In this document: positions 37,037-44,998 of the stretch, piece after piece | Layout: every line of letters begins with the position of its first letter | Position numbering within the stretch: the stretch's first letter is position 1 | Assembly (NCBI GenBank): GCA_018716725.1 | Contig: DVJP01000030.1 | Coordinates: 17,407-81,406 of the forward strand | Length of the DNA stretch: 64,000 nt | Direction: 5' to 3' | Source: Candidatus Merdivicinus excrementipullorum | GTDB lineage: Bacteria > Bacillota > Clostridia > Oscillospirales > Ruminococcaceae | Position numbers and translations under genes: made by a program | Notes under the pieces: generated by a model | Seen by the model: the letters and a program-made list of their open reading frames with translations, nothing else | What the model was told of the DNA's origin: nothing | Databases searched by the model: none

Positions 37037-37132
37037 TCAGGCAATGTTGTGCGCCAGTCAGGGAAACTGCCGTGAATAAATTTATGGCGGTTCCCGCAAA
37101 ACCGCCCATCTTCGCGAAAACAGGAGGGTTCT

Positions 37133-37843
37133 ATGACCGGAAAAATCCATTCCATCCAATCCCTGGGCACTGTGGACGGCCCCGGCGTCCGCACTGTGGT
37201 TTTTATGCAGGGATGCCCTCTCCGGTGCGGCTACTGCCACAACCCGGATACCTGGGACCCAAATGCCGGGGAAACCGTGGACACAGCGGAGGTTTTCGCC
37301 AAAATCAAGCGGTTCCGGCCTTATTTCGGGCCGGAAGGGGGCGTGACGGTTTCCGGCGGGGAAGCCCTGCTCCAGCCGGATTTTGTCCGGGAACTTTTTG
37401 CTCTCTGTAAAAATGAGAGTATTCATACCGCCTTGGATACCAGTGGCTGCCTCTGGAATGAGCAGGTGGAAAGCCTTCTGGACGTCACGGATTTGGCGCT
37501 GCTGGACATTAAGATGACCACCGACGCCGATTACCGGGAATACGTCGGCTGTTCCCTGGAAAAGCCCCTGTTTTTCCTCAGTAAACTGGAAGAAAAAGGC
37601 ATTCCCGCCTGGATCCGCCATGTGGTGGTGCCGGGGCTTACAGACGCCCCGGAGAATATCCGGCGGCTGCGGGATTTGCTGAAGGGCTATTCCTATATCC
37701 AAAAGGTGGAATTTTTGCCCTTCCATAAAATCTGCGTACCAAAATATGAGAAAATGGGGATCCCTTTCCCCTTTGACCGGTTTCCGGCGGCCAGCAAAGA
37801 CCAGGCGGAACAGGCTTTCAGGGAATATCAGAAAGGCTCTTAA
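37133..37843 (+). CDS. pflA: pyruvate formate-lyase activating enzyme (radical SAM)
   Basis: CPLRCGYCHN cluster motif. AGGAGGG RBS. Confidence 0.9.
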   Translation: MTGKIHSIQSLGTVDGPGVRTVVFMQGCPLRCGYCHNPDTWDPNAGETVDTAEVFAKIKRFRPYFGPEGGVTVSGGEALLQPDFVRELFALCKNESIHTALDTSGCLWNEQVESLLDVTDLALLDIKMTTDADYREYVGCSLEKPLFFLSKLEEKGIPAWIRHVVVPGLTDAPENIRRLRDLLKGYSYIQKVEFLPFHKICVPKYEKMGIPFPFDRFPAASKDQAEQAFREYQKGS

Positions 37844-37977
37844 GCAAATATTTAAGAAATATTATGAAATGCCTTCTTGCCGGTTTCGCCGGTTCATGGT
37901 ACAATAGAACACGGGCAGTGAAAGGGTTCACCCAGCTGCCCGTGTTTTGCCTTATTTCTATCTTTTCGGAGGTTTTT

Positions 37978-39567
37978 ATGATATTTCCCAGGAAATTCCT
38001 CATGGCGGCAGCGGCTCTGCTGGCGGCGGCCGTTTTGTTTTCCGGCTGCCGGTTTGGCCGGGAAGAGAACGCCCTGGTTTACGACCTGGACGCTGTGCCT
38101 GTGAATTTAGACCCCCAGTCGGCGGCGGACGCCGCTTCCCGGCTGGTGATCCAGTGTATTTTTGAGGGGCTTGTAACGGCCCGCGATGACGGTTCCATCC
38201 AGCCTGCCGCCGCAGAGGACTGGTCGGTGAGCAAGGATGGCTTAACCTATACCTTCTATTTGCGGGAGGACGTCAAATGGGAGAACGGCGACCCGGTGAC
38301 AGCGGCGGATTTTGTATTCGGATTCCAACGGCTGTTAAATCCGGACACCGACGCGCCGGATGCGGAGAATTATTTTGGCATTGAGAACGCGGAGGAGGTG
38401 GCTGCCGGGCAGATGGAGCCGGAAATGCTGGGCGTCGAGGCTGTTTCGGAAAAGGAACTGGTTATCCGTTTGGAAGAGGCGGATTCCCGTTTCCTGGAGC
38501 TTTTGGACCAGCCCGCCGCCATGCCCTGCCACGAGGAGTTTTTTGCCGGGACCAAAGGGCGCTACGGCCTGGGCGCCAAGCTGATTATGGGAAACGGCGC
38601 GTTTTATTTAAACTCCTGGCCGGAAGATGGGAACCTTTCCCTAAGGCCCAGCCAGACCTATCACAGCGCTTCTTCTGTGACGGCGACCTCCCTTTTACTG
38701 GTGGTCCCCAAAGAGGGCCGGGATTCTAAATTGCAGCGGTTTACGGACGGGACGGTTTCGGCGGCGGCCTTTACCGGGATGGAATATATGGAGCTTTCCG
38801 GCGGGGATTATACCGTTTTGGAAAATGGCAATTCTATTTGGGGGCTGGTGTTCAATACCCAGAAGGAGCCTTTTTCCAATGAAAACCTCCGGAAGGCCCT
38901 GTTTTTGGATGCGGATTTCTCCACCATGGAGCCGGAACTGCCGGAATATCTGGAGCGGATTTCCGCGGCCGTTTCCCCGGGGATTGTCATGGGGGAAGGA
39001 GAAAGCTACCGGGAGCTGGCGGGGATGCCGTCCCTTCCGGCTCAGGATTTGGCCGCGGCCCAGGCCGCCAGGGACCAGGCTTTGCAGGAGATTTCCTCGG
39101 AAAGCCTGCGGGCGGCCCGGCTTATTGTCCCGGAAGGGGAGGGGCATGAAACCTATTTTGCCTATCTTTCTCAAATCTGGCAAAGGGATTTGGGGGTTTA
39201 TTTGACGGTTGAGGTGCTCTCCCAGGCAGAATATGACGCCCGGCTGCAAAGCGGGGATTTTGAGTGCGCCGTATACCGCCTTTCCGGGGACTATAACAGC
39301 CCCGGCTCGGTGCTGTCGGCCATGGAAGGCGGGCTGTATGGCTGCTCCGACCCGGCTTACGGGGAACTGCTTGTCCGGGCAGGGGAATCGGAAGGCGCGG
39401 AAGCGGCGGCCCTCTGGCTTCAAGCGGAACAGATGCTCTTTGACCAATCCCTTTTCCTGCCTCTTTACCGCCAGTCGGAATATTTCCTGCTGAATACCGG
39501 GGTTTCCGGAGTTACTTATGATTTTTACAGCCGCACACCGGATTTCCGGTTCGGCGTGGTAAATTAG
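37978..39567 (+). CDS. family-5 (OppA/DppA-like) peptide/nickel solute-binding lipoprotein, orphan
   Basis: Signal peptide plus lipobox FSGC, and family-5 SBP N-terminal region. No permease or ATPase is adjacent. Confidence 0.75.
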   Translation: MIFPRKFLMAAAALLAAAVLFSGCRFGREENALVYDLDAVPVNLDPQSAADAASRLVIQCIFEGLVTARDDGSIQPAAAEDWSVSKDGLTYTFYLREDVKWENGDPVTAADFVFGFQRLLNPDTDAPDAENYFGIENAEEVAAGQMEPEMLGVEAVSEKELVIRLEEADSRFLELLDQPAAMPCHEEFFAGTKGRYGLGAKLIMGNGAFYLNSWPEDGNLSLRPSQTYHSASSVTATSLLLVVPKEGRDSKLQRFTDGTVSAAAFTGMEYMELSGGDYTVLENGNSIWGLVFNTQKEPFSNENLRKALFLDADFSTMEPELPEYLERISAAVSPGIVMGEGESYRELAGMPSLPAQDLAAAQAARDQALQEISSESLRAARLIVPEGEGHETYFAYLSQIWQRDLGVYLTVEVLSQAEYDARLQSGDFECAVYRLSGDYNSPGSVLSAMEGGLYGCSDPAYGELLVRAGESEGAEAAALWLQAEQMLFDQSLFLPLYRQSEYFLLNTGVSGVTYDFYSRTPDFRFGVVN

Positions 39568-39613
39568 CCGCCGGTCTGTTTGCCGGACAGTCTGGGAAAT
39601 TTACAGAACTCCC

Positions 39614-39642
39614 TTTACAAACGGCAAGCATTCTTATATAAT
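39614..39642 (+). promoter_or_regulatory. sigma-70-type promoter
   Basis: TTTACA, 17-nt spacer, TATAAT. Confidence 0.55.
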
Positions 39643-39671
39643 AATGAAAAAGCTGAGAAAAGAGGGCCCGT

Positions 39672-40460
39672 ATGATTACCAATCAAGAAATCGATCATGG
39701 AAAAGGCTTTGACTGGGGCCTTGCTTCGGCCGATTACGCCAAATACCGGGATATTTACCCGGAGGAATTTTACCAAAGGATCACGGAATTGGGATGCTGC
39801 GTCAAGGGACAGAAAGTCCTTGACTTGGGGACCGGGACCGGCGTGCTGCCGCGCAATATGAGCAAATACGGCGCGGATTTTGTTGGGACGGATATTTCGG
39901 AAAACCAGATCCGGTACGCCCAATTGCTGAGCGAGCAGGCAGGCCTTTCCATTGACTACCTCTGCGCGGCTGCGGAAGACTTGGATTTCCCGGAGGAAAG
40001 CTTTGACGTTGTGACAGCCTGTCAGTGCTTCATGTATTTTGACAAAGGGGCGCTTCTGCCGAAAGTCCATCGGTTTTTGAAGGAGGATGGCCATTTTCTG
40101 ATCTTATTCATGGCCTGGCTGCCGGATGAAAGCGAGATTGCCCGGCGGAGCGAGGAACTGGTGCTGAAATATAACCCGGAATGGACGGGCGGCGGGATGA
40201 AGCGGTATGAATTGGAAACACCCGTCTGGGCAAAAGAATGGTTTACGGTTGCGCACGCAGTCACATACGATATCCCCGTTGTGTTCACGCGGGAAAGCTG
40301 GCACGGGAGGATCAAAGCCTGCCGGGGCATCGGCGCTTCTTCCTTAAGCCAGGAGGAGATTGCGGCCTGGGAGAAGGAGCATCTTGCCTATCTGGAAACT
40401 GTGCCGGAGAAGTTCTCCATTCTGCATTATGCGACGATGCTGGACTTGAAAAAGAAATAA
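39672..40460 (+). CDS. class I SAM-dependent methyltransferase
   Basis: Motif I VLDLGTGTG, with post-I and motif II spacing. Confidence 0.8.
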   Translation: MITNQEIDHGKGFDWGLASADYAKYRDIYPEEFYQRITELGCCVKGQKVLDLGTGTGVLPRNMSKYGADFVGTDISENQIRYAQLLSEQAGLSIDYLCAAAEDLDFPEESFDVVTACQCFMYFDKGALLPKVHRFLKEDGHFLILFMAWLPDESEIARRSEELVLKYNPEWTGGGMKRYELETPVWAKEWFTVAHAVTYDIPVVFTRESWHGRIKACRGIGASSLSQEEIAAWEKEHLAYLETVPEKFSILHYATMLDLKKK

Positions 40461-40529
40461 AGCCCCACGCCGGACTTCCGGTTCGGAACTGTGAATTGAC
40501 GGGAAACAGAAAAAACTTTGCAAAATGCC

Positions 40530-40558
40530 TTTACAAATCGGAAAACCCATGATATAAT
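40530..40558 (+). promoter_or_regulatory. sigma-70-type promoter for rpsO
   Basis: TTTACA, 17-nt spacer, TATAAT, followed by a structured leader of about 100 nt. Confidence 0.6.
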
Positions 40559-40663
40559 ATGTAACGATACCGCTAGGATGGCTTTGCGGAGTAAGCCCCA
40601 ACGGGGACGTTGCCTGCCCTTGGCTCTCCTTGCCGGCAAATATTTTAAAGAGGTGACTTTACC

Positions 40664-40930
40664 ATGATGAGAAAAGAAGAAAAAACCCAGATCATTGAGG
40701 CCAACAAACGCCACGAAGGCGACACCGGTTCTCCCGAAGTCCAGATCGCAATCCTGACCAAACGGATCAACGACCTGACCGAGCACCTGAAGGCTAACAA
40801 AAACGACCATCATAGCCGCCGCGGCCTGCTGAAAATGGTCGGCCGCCGCCGCAACCTGCTCAACTACCTCATGAAGACCGATATCGACTGCTACCGCGCT
40901 CTGATTGAGAAACTGGGCATCCGTAAGTAA
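40664..40930 (+). CDS. rpsO: 30S ribosomal protein S15
   Basis: [14 protein letters not shown] and HHSRRGLL motifs. Confidence 0.95.
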   Translation: MMRKEEKTQIIEANKRHEGDTGSPEVQIAILTKRINDLTEHLKANKNDHHSRRGLLKMVGRRRNLLNYLMKTDIDCYRALIEKLGIRK

Positions 40931-41125
40931 TTTTTGGCAATCGGGAGGCAGATGGTTTTCCATCTGCCTTTTGGTGTATCTTCCGGCGGCTGTCCCGCCG
41001 GGGAAAAACGATAAAAATTTGTTGGTGCGGGGAAACGGGTGTTTAGCATTAACTCGTACGTCCGAGCTTTCGGGCGCAGGATTTATTGCTAAGCCTGTTT
41101 TGTGCCGCACAGTCTGGAGGTACAA

Positions 41126-43240
41126 ATGGCACACGAAATCAGAACCTTTGAAACCACTTTTGCCGGCCGCCCCTTGGTTGTGGAAACCGGCCGCACCAGC
41201 GAGCTGGCCAACGGCTCCTGCTGGGTCCGCTATGGCGAAACTGTTGTAATGGCCAACGTCACCGCTTCCGCCAAACCCCGGGAAGGCGTGGATTTCTTCC
41301 CCCTTTCTGTGGATTATGAGGAAAAACTCTACGCAGTGGGCAAAATCCCCGGCTCCTTCTTAAAACGCGAAGGCCGCCCCTCCGAGAAGGCCACCCTGGC
41401 TTCCCGGATGATCGACCGCCCCATCCGGCCCATGTTCCCCAAGGACATGCGCAACGATGTGTCGGTTGTGGTCACCGTCCTTTCCACCGACATTGACAAT
41501 TCCCCGGAAATCGCGGGCTTTATCGCCGCGTCTATCGCTATCTGCATTTCGGATATCCCCTTTAGGGAACCCATCGCCGCTGTCAGCGTGGGCTTAGTGG
41601 ACGGCCGGATTGTCCTGAACCCCATGACCGCCGACCGGGCCAAATCCGACCTGGATCTGACCGTTGCCGGTTCCGCTGAAAAGATCGTCATGATCGAGGC
41701 GGGCGCAAACGAAGTCCCCAACGACGTAATGCTGGACGCCATTGCCGCCGGTCACGAGGAAATCAAGAAAATGGTGGCCTTTATCGCCGATATCCAGGCC
41801 CAGATCGGCAAACCCAAATTTGCCTTTGAATCCAAAGAGGTTCCCCATGAGCTGCTGGACGCGGTTCTGGAGGAATTCGGCGACGCTTTCAAGGCCGCCT
41901 TGGACACCGATGATAAGAACGTTCGGGAAGAACGTTTGTTACCCATTAAGGACGCGATCCACGATAAATATGACCCCGAATACGCTGAAACCCAGCCCAC
42001 CCTGCTGGATGAAGTGATCTATAAAGCCCAGAAAGTCATTGTCCGCCGCTGGCTCTTGGACGAGCAGAAGCGCGTGGACGGCCGCGGCATGGACGAAATG
42101 CGTCCCCTTTCCGCGGAAGTGGACCTGCTGCCCCGGGTGCATGGCTCCGGCTTGTTTACCCGCGGCCAGACCCAGGTGCTGACTGTGGCCACTTTAGGCC
42201 CTGTTTCCGACGCCCAGCTGTTGGACAGCATCGACGAGGAGCAGGAAAAACGCTATATGCACCAGTATAACTTCCCCTCCTACTCCGTAGGCGAGACCAA
42301 GCCCTCCAGAGGCCCCGGCCGCCGCGAAATCGGCCACGGCGCTTTGGCGGAGCGCGCTTTGGTTCCCGTCCTGCCGGATGTAAACGAGTTCCCCTACGCC
42401 ATGCGGCTGGTTTCCGAAGTGCTTTCCTCTAACGGCTCCACCTCCCAGGCTTCCATCTGCGGCTCCACTCTGGCCCTGATGGCTGCCGGCGTGCCCATTA
42501 AAGCCCCTGTTGCCGGTATCTCCTGCGGCTTGATTACCGAGGGCGACCGCTGGATGACCATGGTGGACATCCAGGGCCTGGAGGACTTCTACGGCGATAT
42601 GGACTTTAAAGTGGGCGGCACCCACAAGGGCATTACCGCTATCCAGGTGGACATCAAGATCGACGGCCTGACCCTGGACATCATCAAGGACGCTTTCGAG
42701 AAAACCAAAAAGGCCCGGGATTATATCATTGATGAGGTTATCCTGAAAGCCATTCCGGCTCCCCGGGACCATGTTTCCAAATACGCGCCCAAGCAGAAAT
42801 CCACTATCATCCCTGTGGATAAGATCCGTGACGTCATCGGCACCGGCGGCAAGGTCATCCAGAAAATCTGCGCCGAATGCGACGTCAAAATCGACATCAA
42901 CGAGGACGGCAGCGTCTTTATCCTGGGCATCGACCAGGATAACGTGGACCGGGCTATGTATATTGTGGAAACCATTGCCCGCGACCCGGAAGTTGGAGCC
43001 ATTTACAAGGGCAAAGTGACCCGGCTCATGAACTTCGGCGCGTTCGTGGAGATTGCTCCCGGCAAGGAAGGCTTGGTACACATTTCCAAGCTGGAAAATT
43101 ACCGGGTGGACAAAGTGGAAGACGTGGTCAATGTAGGCGATGAGGTGTACGTCAAGGTCACCGAAATCGACGACCAGGGCCGCATCAACCTGTCCCGGAA
43201 GGACGCTATGAACGACCTGGCCCGCCGGAACCAGAAATAA
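41126..43240 (+). CDS. pnp: polyribonucleotide nucleotidyltransferase (PNPase)
   Basis: Two RNase PH domains, a KH domain and an S1 domain (GKVTRLMNFGAFVEI). Start taken at MAHEIRTFE. Confidence 0.95.
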   Translation: MAHEIRTFETTFAGRPLVVETGRTSELANGSCWVRYGETVVMANVTASAKPREGVDFFPLSVDYEEKLYAVGKIPGSFLKREGRPSEKATLASRMIDRPIRPMFPKDMRNDVSVVVTVLSTDIDNSPEIAGFIAASIAICISDIPFREPIAAVSVGLVDGRIVLNPMTADRAKSDLDLTVAGSAEKIVMIEAGANEVPNDVMLDAIAAGHEEIKKMVAFIADIQAQIGKPKFAFESKEVPHELLDAVLEEFGDAFKAALDTDDKNVREERLLPIKDAIHDKYDPEYAETQPTLLDEVIYKAQKVIVRRWLLDEQKRVDGRGMDEMRPLSAEVDLLPRVHGSGLFTRGQTQVLTVATLGPVSDAQLLDSIDEEQEKRYMHQYNFPSYSVGETKPSRGPGRREIGHGALAERALVPVLPDVNEFPYAMRLVSEVLSSNGSTSQASICGSTLALMAAGVPIKAPVAGISCGLITEGDRWMTMVDIQGLEDFYGDMDFKVGGTHKGITAIQVDIKIDGLTLDIIKDAFEKTKKARDYIIDEVILKAIPAPRDHVSKYAPKQKSTIIPVDKIRDVIGTGGKVIQKICAECDVKIDINEDGSVFILGIDQDNVDRAMYIVETIARDPEVGAIYKGKVTRLMNFGAFVEIAPGKEGLVHISKLENYRVDKVEDVVNVGDEVYVKVTEIDDQGRINLSRKDAMNDLARRNQK

Positions 43241-43252
43241 TGCGATGAAGAA

Positions 43253-43290
43253 ACCGCCGCATCCCTTTTGGGGTGCGGCGGTCTTTTGCG
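43253..43290. terminator. bidirectional terminator between pnp and the ABC operon
   Basis: ACCGCCGCA...TGCGGCGGT stem followed by CTTTTG. Confidence 0.65.
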
Positions 43291-43291
43291 T

Positions 43292-44278
43292 TTAGGAAAC
43301 ATCTGCGCCGGTTTCGGCGTCAGCTTCTTTTTCTTCGGCGCTTTCTTTGGGAATGGGCGTTAAAACGATGCGTCCCTCCTCTAAATGGGTCAGCATGGTT
43401 TCCCGGCCGGTAATGCCCAGTGCCTCCAGATACTCCTTGGGCAGCTGGACGCGGCCGGTGCGGTCCACGACGGTGCGTTCCTCCACCTCCGGCGGCTCTT
43501 CCTCGGAATCCTCGCTTAAGGAGCCGATATTCTCAAGCGAAAGCTTCCGGCGGATAAACTCGCTGCTGGTGCGGCCGTCCCGGATCATCACCGCCCGGCT
43601 GACAAAGGAGGACACCAGCCGGTCATGAGTGACAATGACAATGGTAATGCCCAGCTGCTGGTTGAGCTTTTGGAAAAGCCGCAGCAGTTCCTTGGTGGTT
43701 TTGGAATCCACGGCGCCGGTAGGTTCGTCGGCCAAGAGGAGCCGGGGGTTCCCGGCTAAGGCGATGGCAATGGCAACCCTTTGCTGCTCGCCGCCGGAAA
43801 GCTCCGTCAGGCGGCTGTTTTTCCGGTGGGACAGCCCCACCAAGTCCAGCAGAGCGGAAGCTCGTTCCTTGGCGTTTTTGCAGGAGATGGAGCTGCCGTC
43901 AGGGCCGGGGAGGGGCGGCATTTTCGCAGGGTCCGCCCGGCTGATGGAAAGGGGAATTTCCACATTCTGCTGGGCCGTCAGGTAGGGGATCAGGTTCCGG
44001 GCGGGGTTCTGCCAGACAAACCCCACGGTGGACCGCCGGTATTCCATCATCTGCTTGGGAGTGAAGGCCAGCAGGTTTTTGCCGTCCACCGTCAGTTTTC
44101 CGGCGCTGGGCACGTCTAAGCCCCCAAGCATGTTGAGCAGGGTGGATTTGCCGGAGCCGGAATTGCCGATAATGGCCATCAGCTCCCCGTCCTCCACCGT
44201 CAAATCCAGCCCTTGCAGGGCCACCACTTCAATTTCCCCGGTTTTGTAGATTTTTACCAGGTTTTCGCAGTTAATCAT
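43292..44278 (-). CDS. ABC transporter ATP-binding protein (MacB/LolD-type) with a ~90-aa C-terminal extension containing an AbrB/SpoVT-like motif
   Basis: Walker A GNSGSGKST, signature LSGGEQQR, Walker B LLLADEPT. The tail reads GRVQLPKEYLEALGITGRETMLTHLEEGRIVLTP. Confidence 0.85.
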   Translation of the reverse strand: MINCENLVKIYKTGEIEVVALQGLDLTVEDGELMAIIGNSGSGKSTLLNMLGGLDVPSAGKLTVDGKNLLAFTPKQMMEYRRSTVGFVWQNPARNLIPYLTAQQNVEIPLSISRADPAKMPPLPGPDGSSISCKNAKERASALLDLVGLSHRKNSRLTELSGGEQQRVAIAIALAGNPRLLLADEPTGAVDSKTTKELLRLFQKLNQQLGITIVIVTHDRLVSSFVSRAVMIRDGRTSSEFIRRKLSLENIGSLSEDSEEEPPEVEERTVVDRTGRVQLPKEYLEALGITGRETMLTHLEEGRIVLTPIPKESAEEKEADAETGADVS

Positions 44279-44982
44279 GAGGCCTCCCCCTTTCCCGTCA
44301 CAGCCCGCAAAATCCCGTCCTCCAGGGTAAACACCTGGTCGGCCAGCTGCATCAGATCCGGGTCGTGGGTGGTCATGACAATGGTGGCCCCCTGTTCCTC
44401 AATGAGTTTTTTGAATACTGCAATCACCTGCAGGCCCATGTTGGAATCCAGCTGGGCGGTAGGCTCGTCGGCGAAAATCACCGCCGGACGGTGGGCAATG
44501 GCCCGGGCGATGGCCACCCGCTGCTGCTCGCCGCCGGACATTTCCTGGGGGAGATGGGCGGCCCGTTTGGCTAGGCCCACATAGTCCAAGCATTCCAAAG
44601 CCCGTTCCCTGCGCCCTGCCGCCGGGAACCCGGCCACCCGCAGGGCAAATTCCACATTCTCCAAGGCCGTCATGGCGGACATCAACGCAACGGACTGAAA
44701 AACAAATCCGATGCGGGTCCGCCGCAGCTTATCCCGTTCCCGTTCAGGCAGGGCGGACAGCTCCTTGTCCTCAAAGTAGATTTTTCCCGAGGTGGGCCGG
44801 TCCAGGGACCCCAGAAGGTTAATGAGGGTGGTTTTTCCGGAACCGGATTTGCCGCTTAGTAAGTTCAGGCACTGGGGCCGGATGGCCAGGGTCACGTCCT
44901 GCAAAGCGTGGACCTCCCCGGCGGAGGAGGAAAAGGTGCGGGTTAGGCCTTCTGTGCGGATAATGGGCGTATATTCTTCCAT
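44275..44982 (-). CDS. ABC transporter ATP-binding protein (MacB/FtsE-type)
   Basis: Walker A GKSGSGKTT, signature MSGGEQQR, Walker B VIFADEPT. ATGA overlap with the downstream ATPase. Confidence 0.9.
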   Translation of the reverse strand: MEEYTPIIRTEGLTRTFSSSAGEVHALQDVTLAIRPQCLNLLSGKSGSGKTTLINLLGSLDRPTSGKIYFEDKELSALPERERDKLRRTRIGFVFQSVALMSAMTALENVEFALRVAGFPAAGRRERALECLDYVGLAKRAAHLPQEMSGGEQQRVAIARAIAHRPAVIFADEPTAQLDSNMGLQVIAVFKKLIEEQGATIVMTTHDPDLMQLADQVFTLEDGILRAVTGKGEAS

Positions 44983-44998
44983 ATCTCTTCCCCCTTTC

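Noticed and set aside
36572-37132. Retron msr/msd, group II intron fragment or MITE as an explanation for the hairpin-mosaic elements.
   Set aside because: No reverse transcriptase or intron-encoded ORF is present, and no domain V/VI-like structure was recognised. The 5' end and the reverse complement of the 3' end of copy C do not match, so there are no terminal inverted repeats.
40559-40663. rpsO leader as an S15 autoregulatory RNA.
   Set aside because: This is plausible from context, since S15 autoregulation is established. I cannot verify the specific Firmicutes leader structure by eye.
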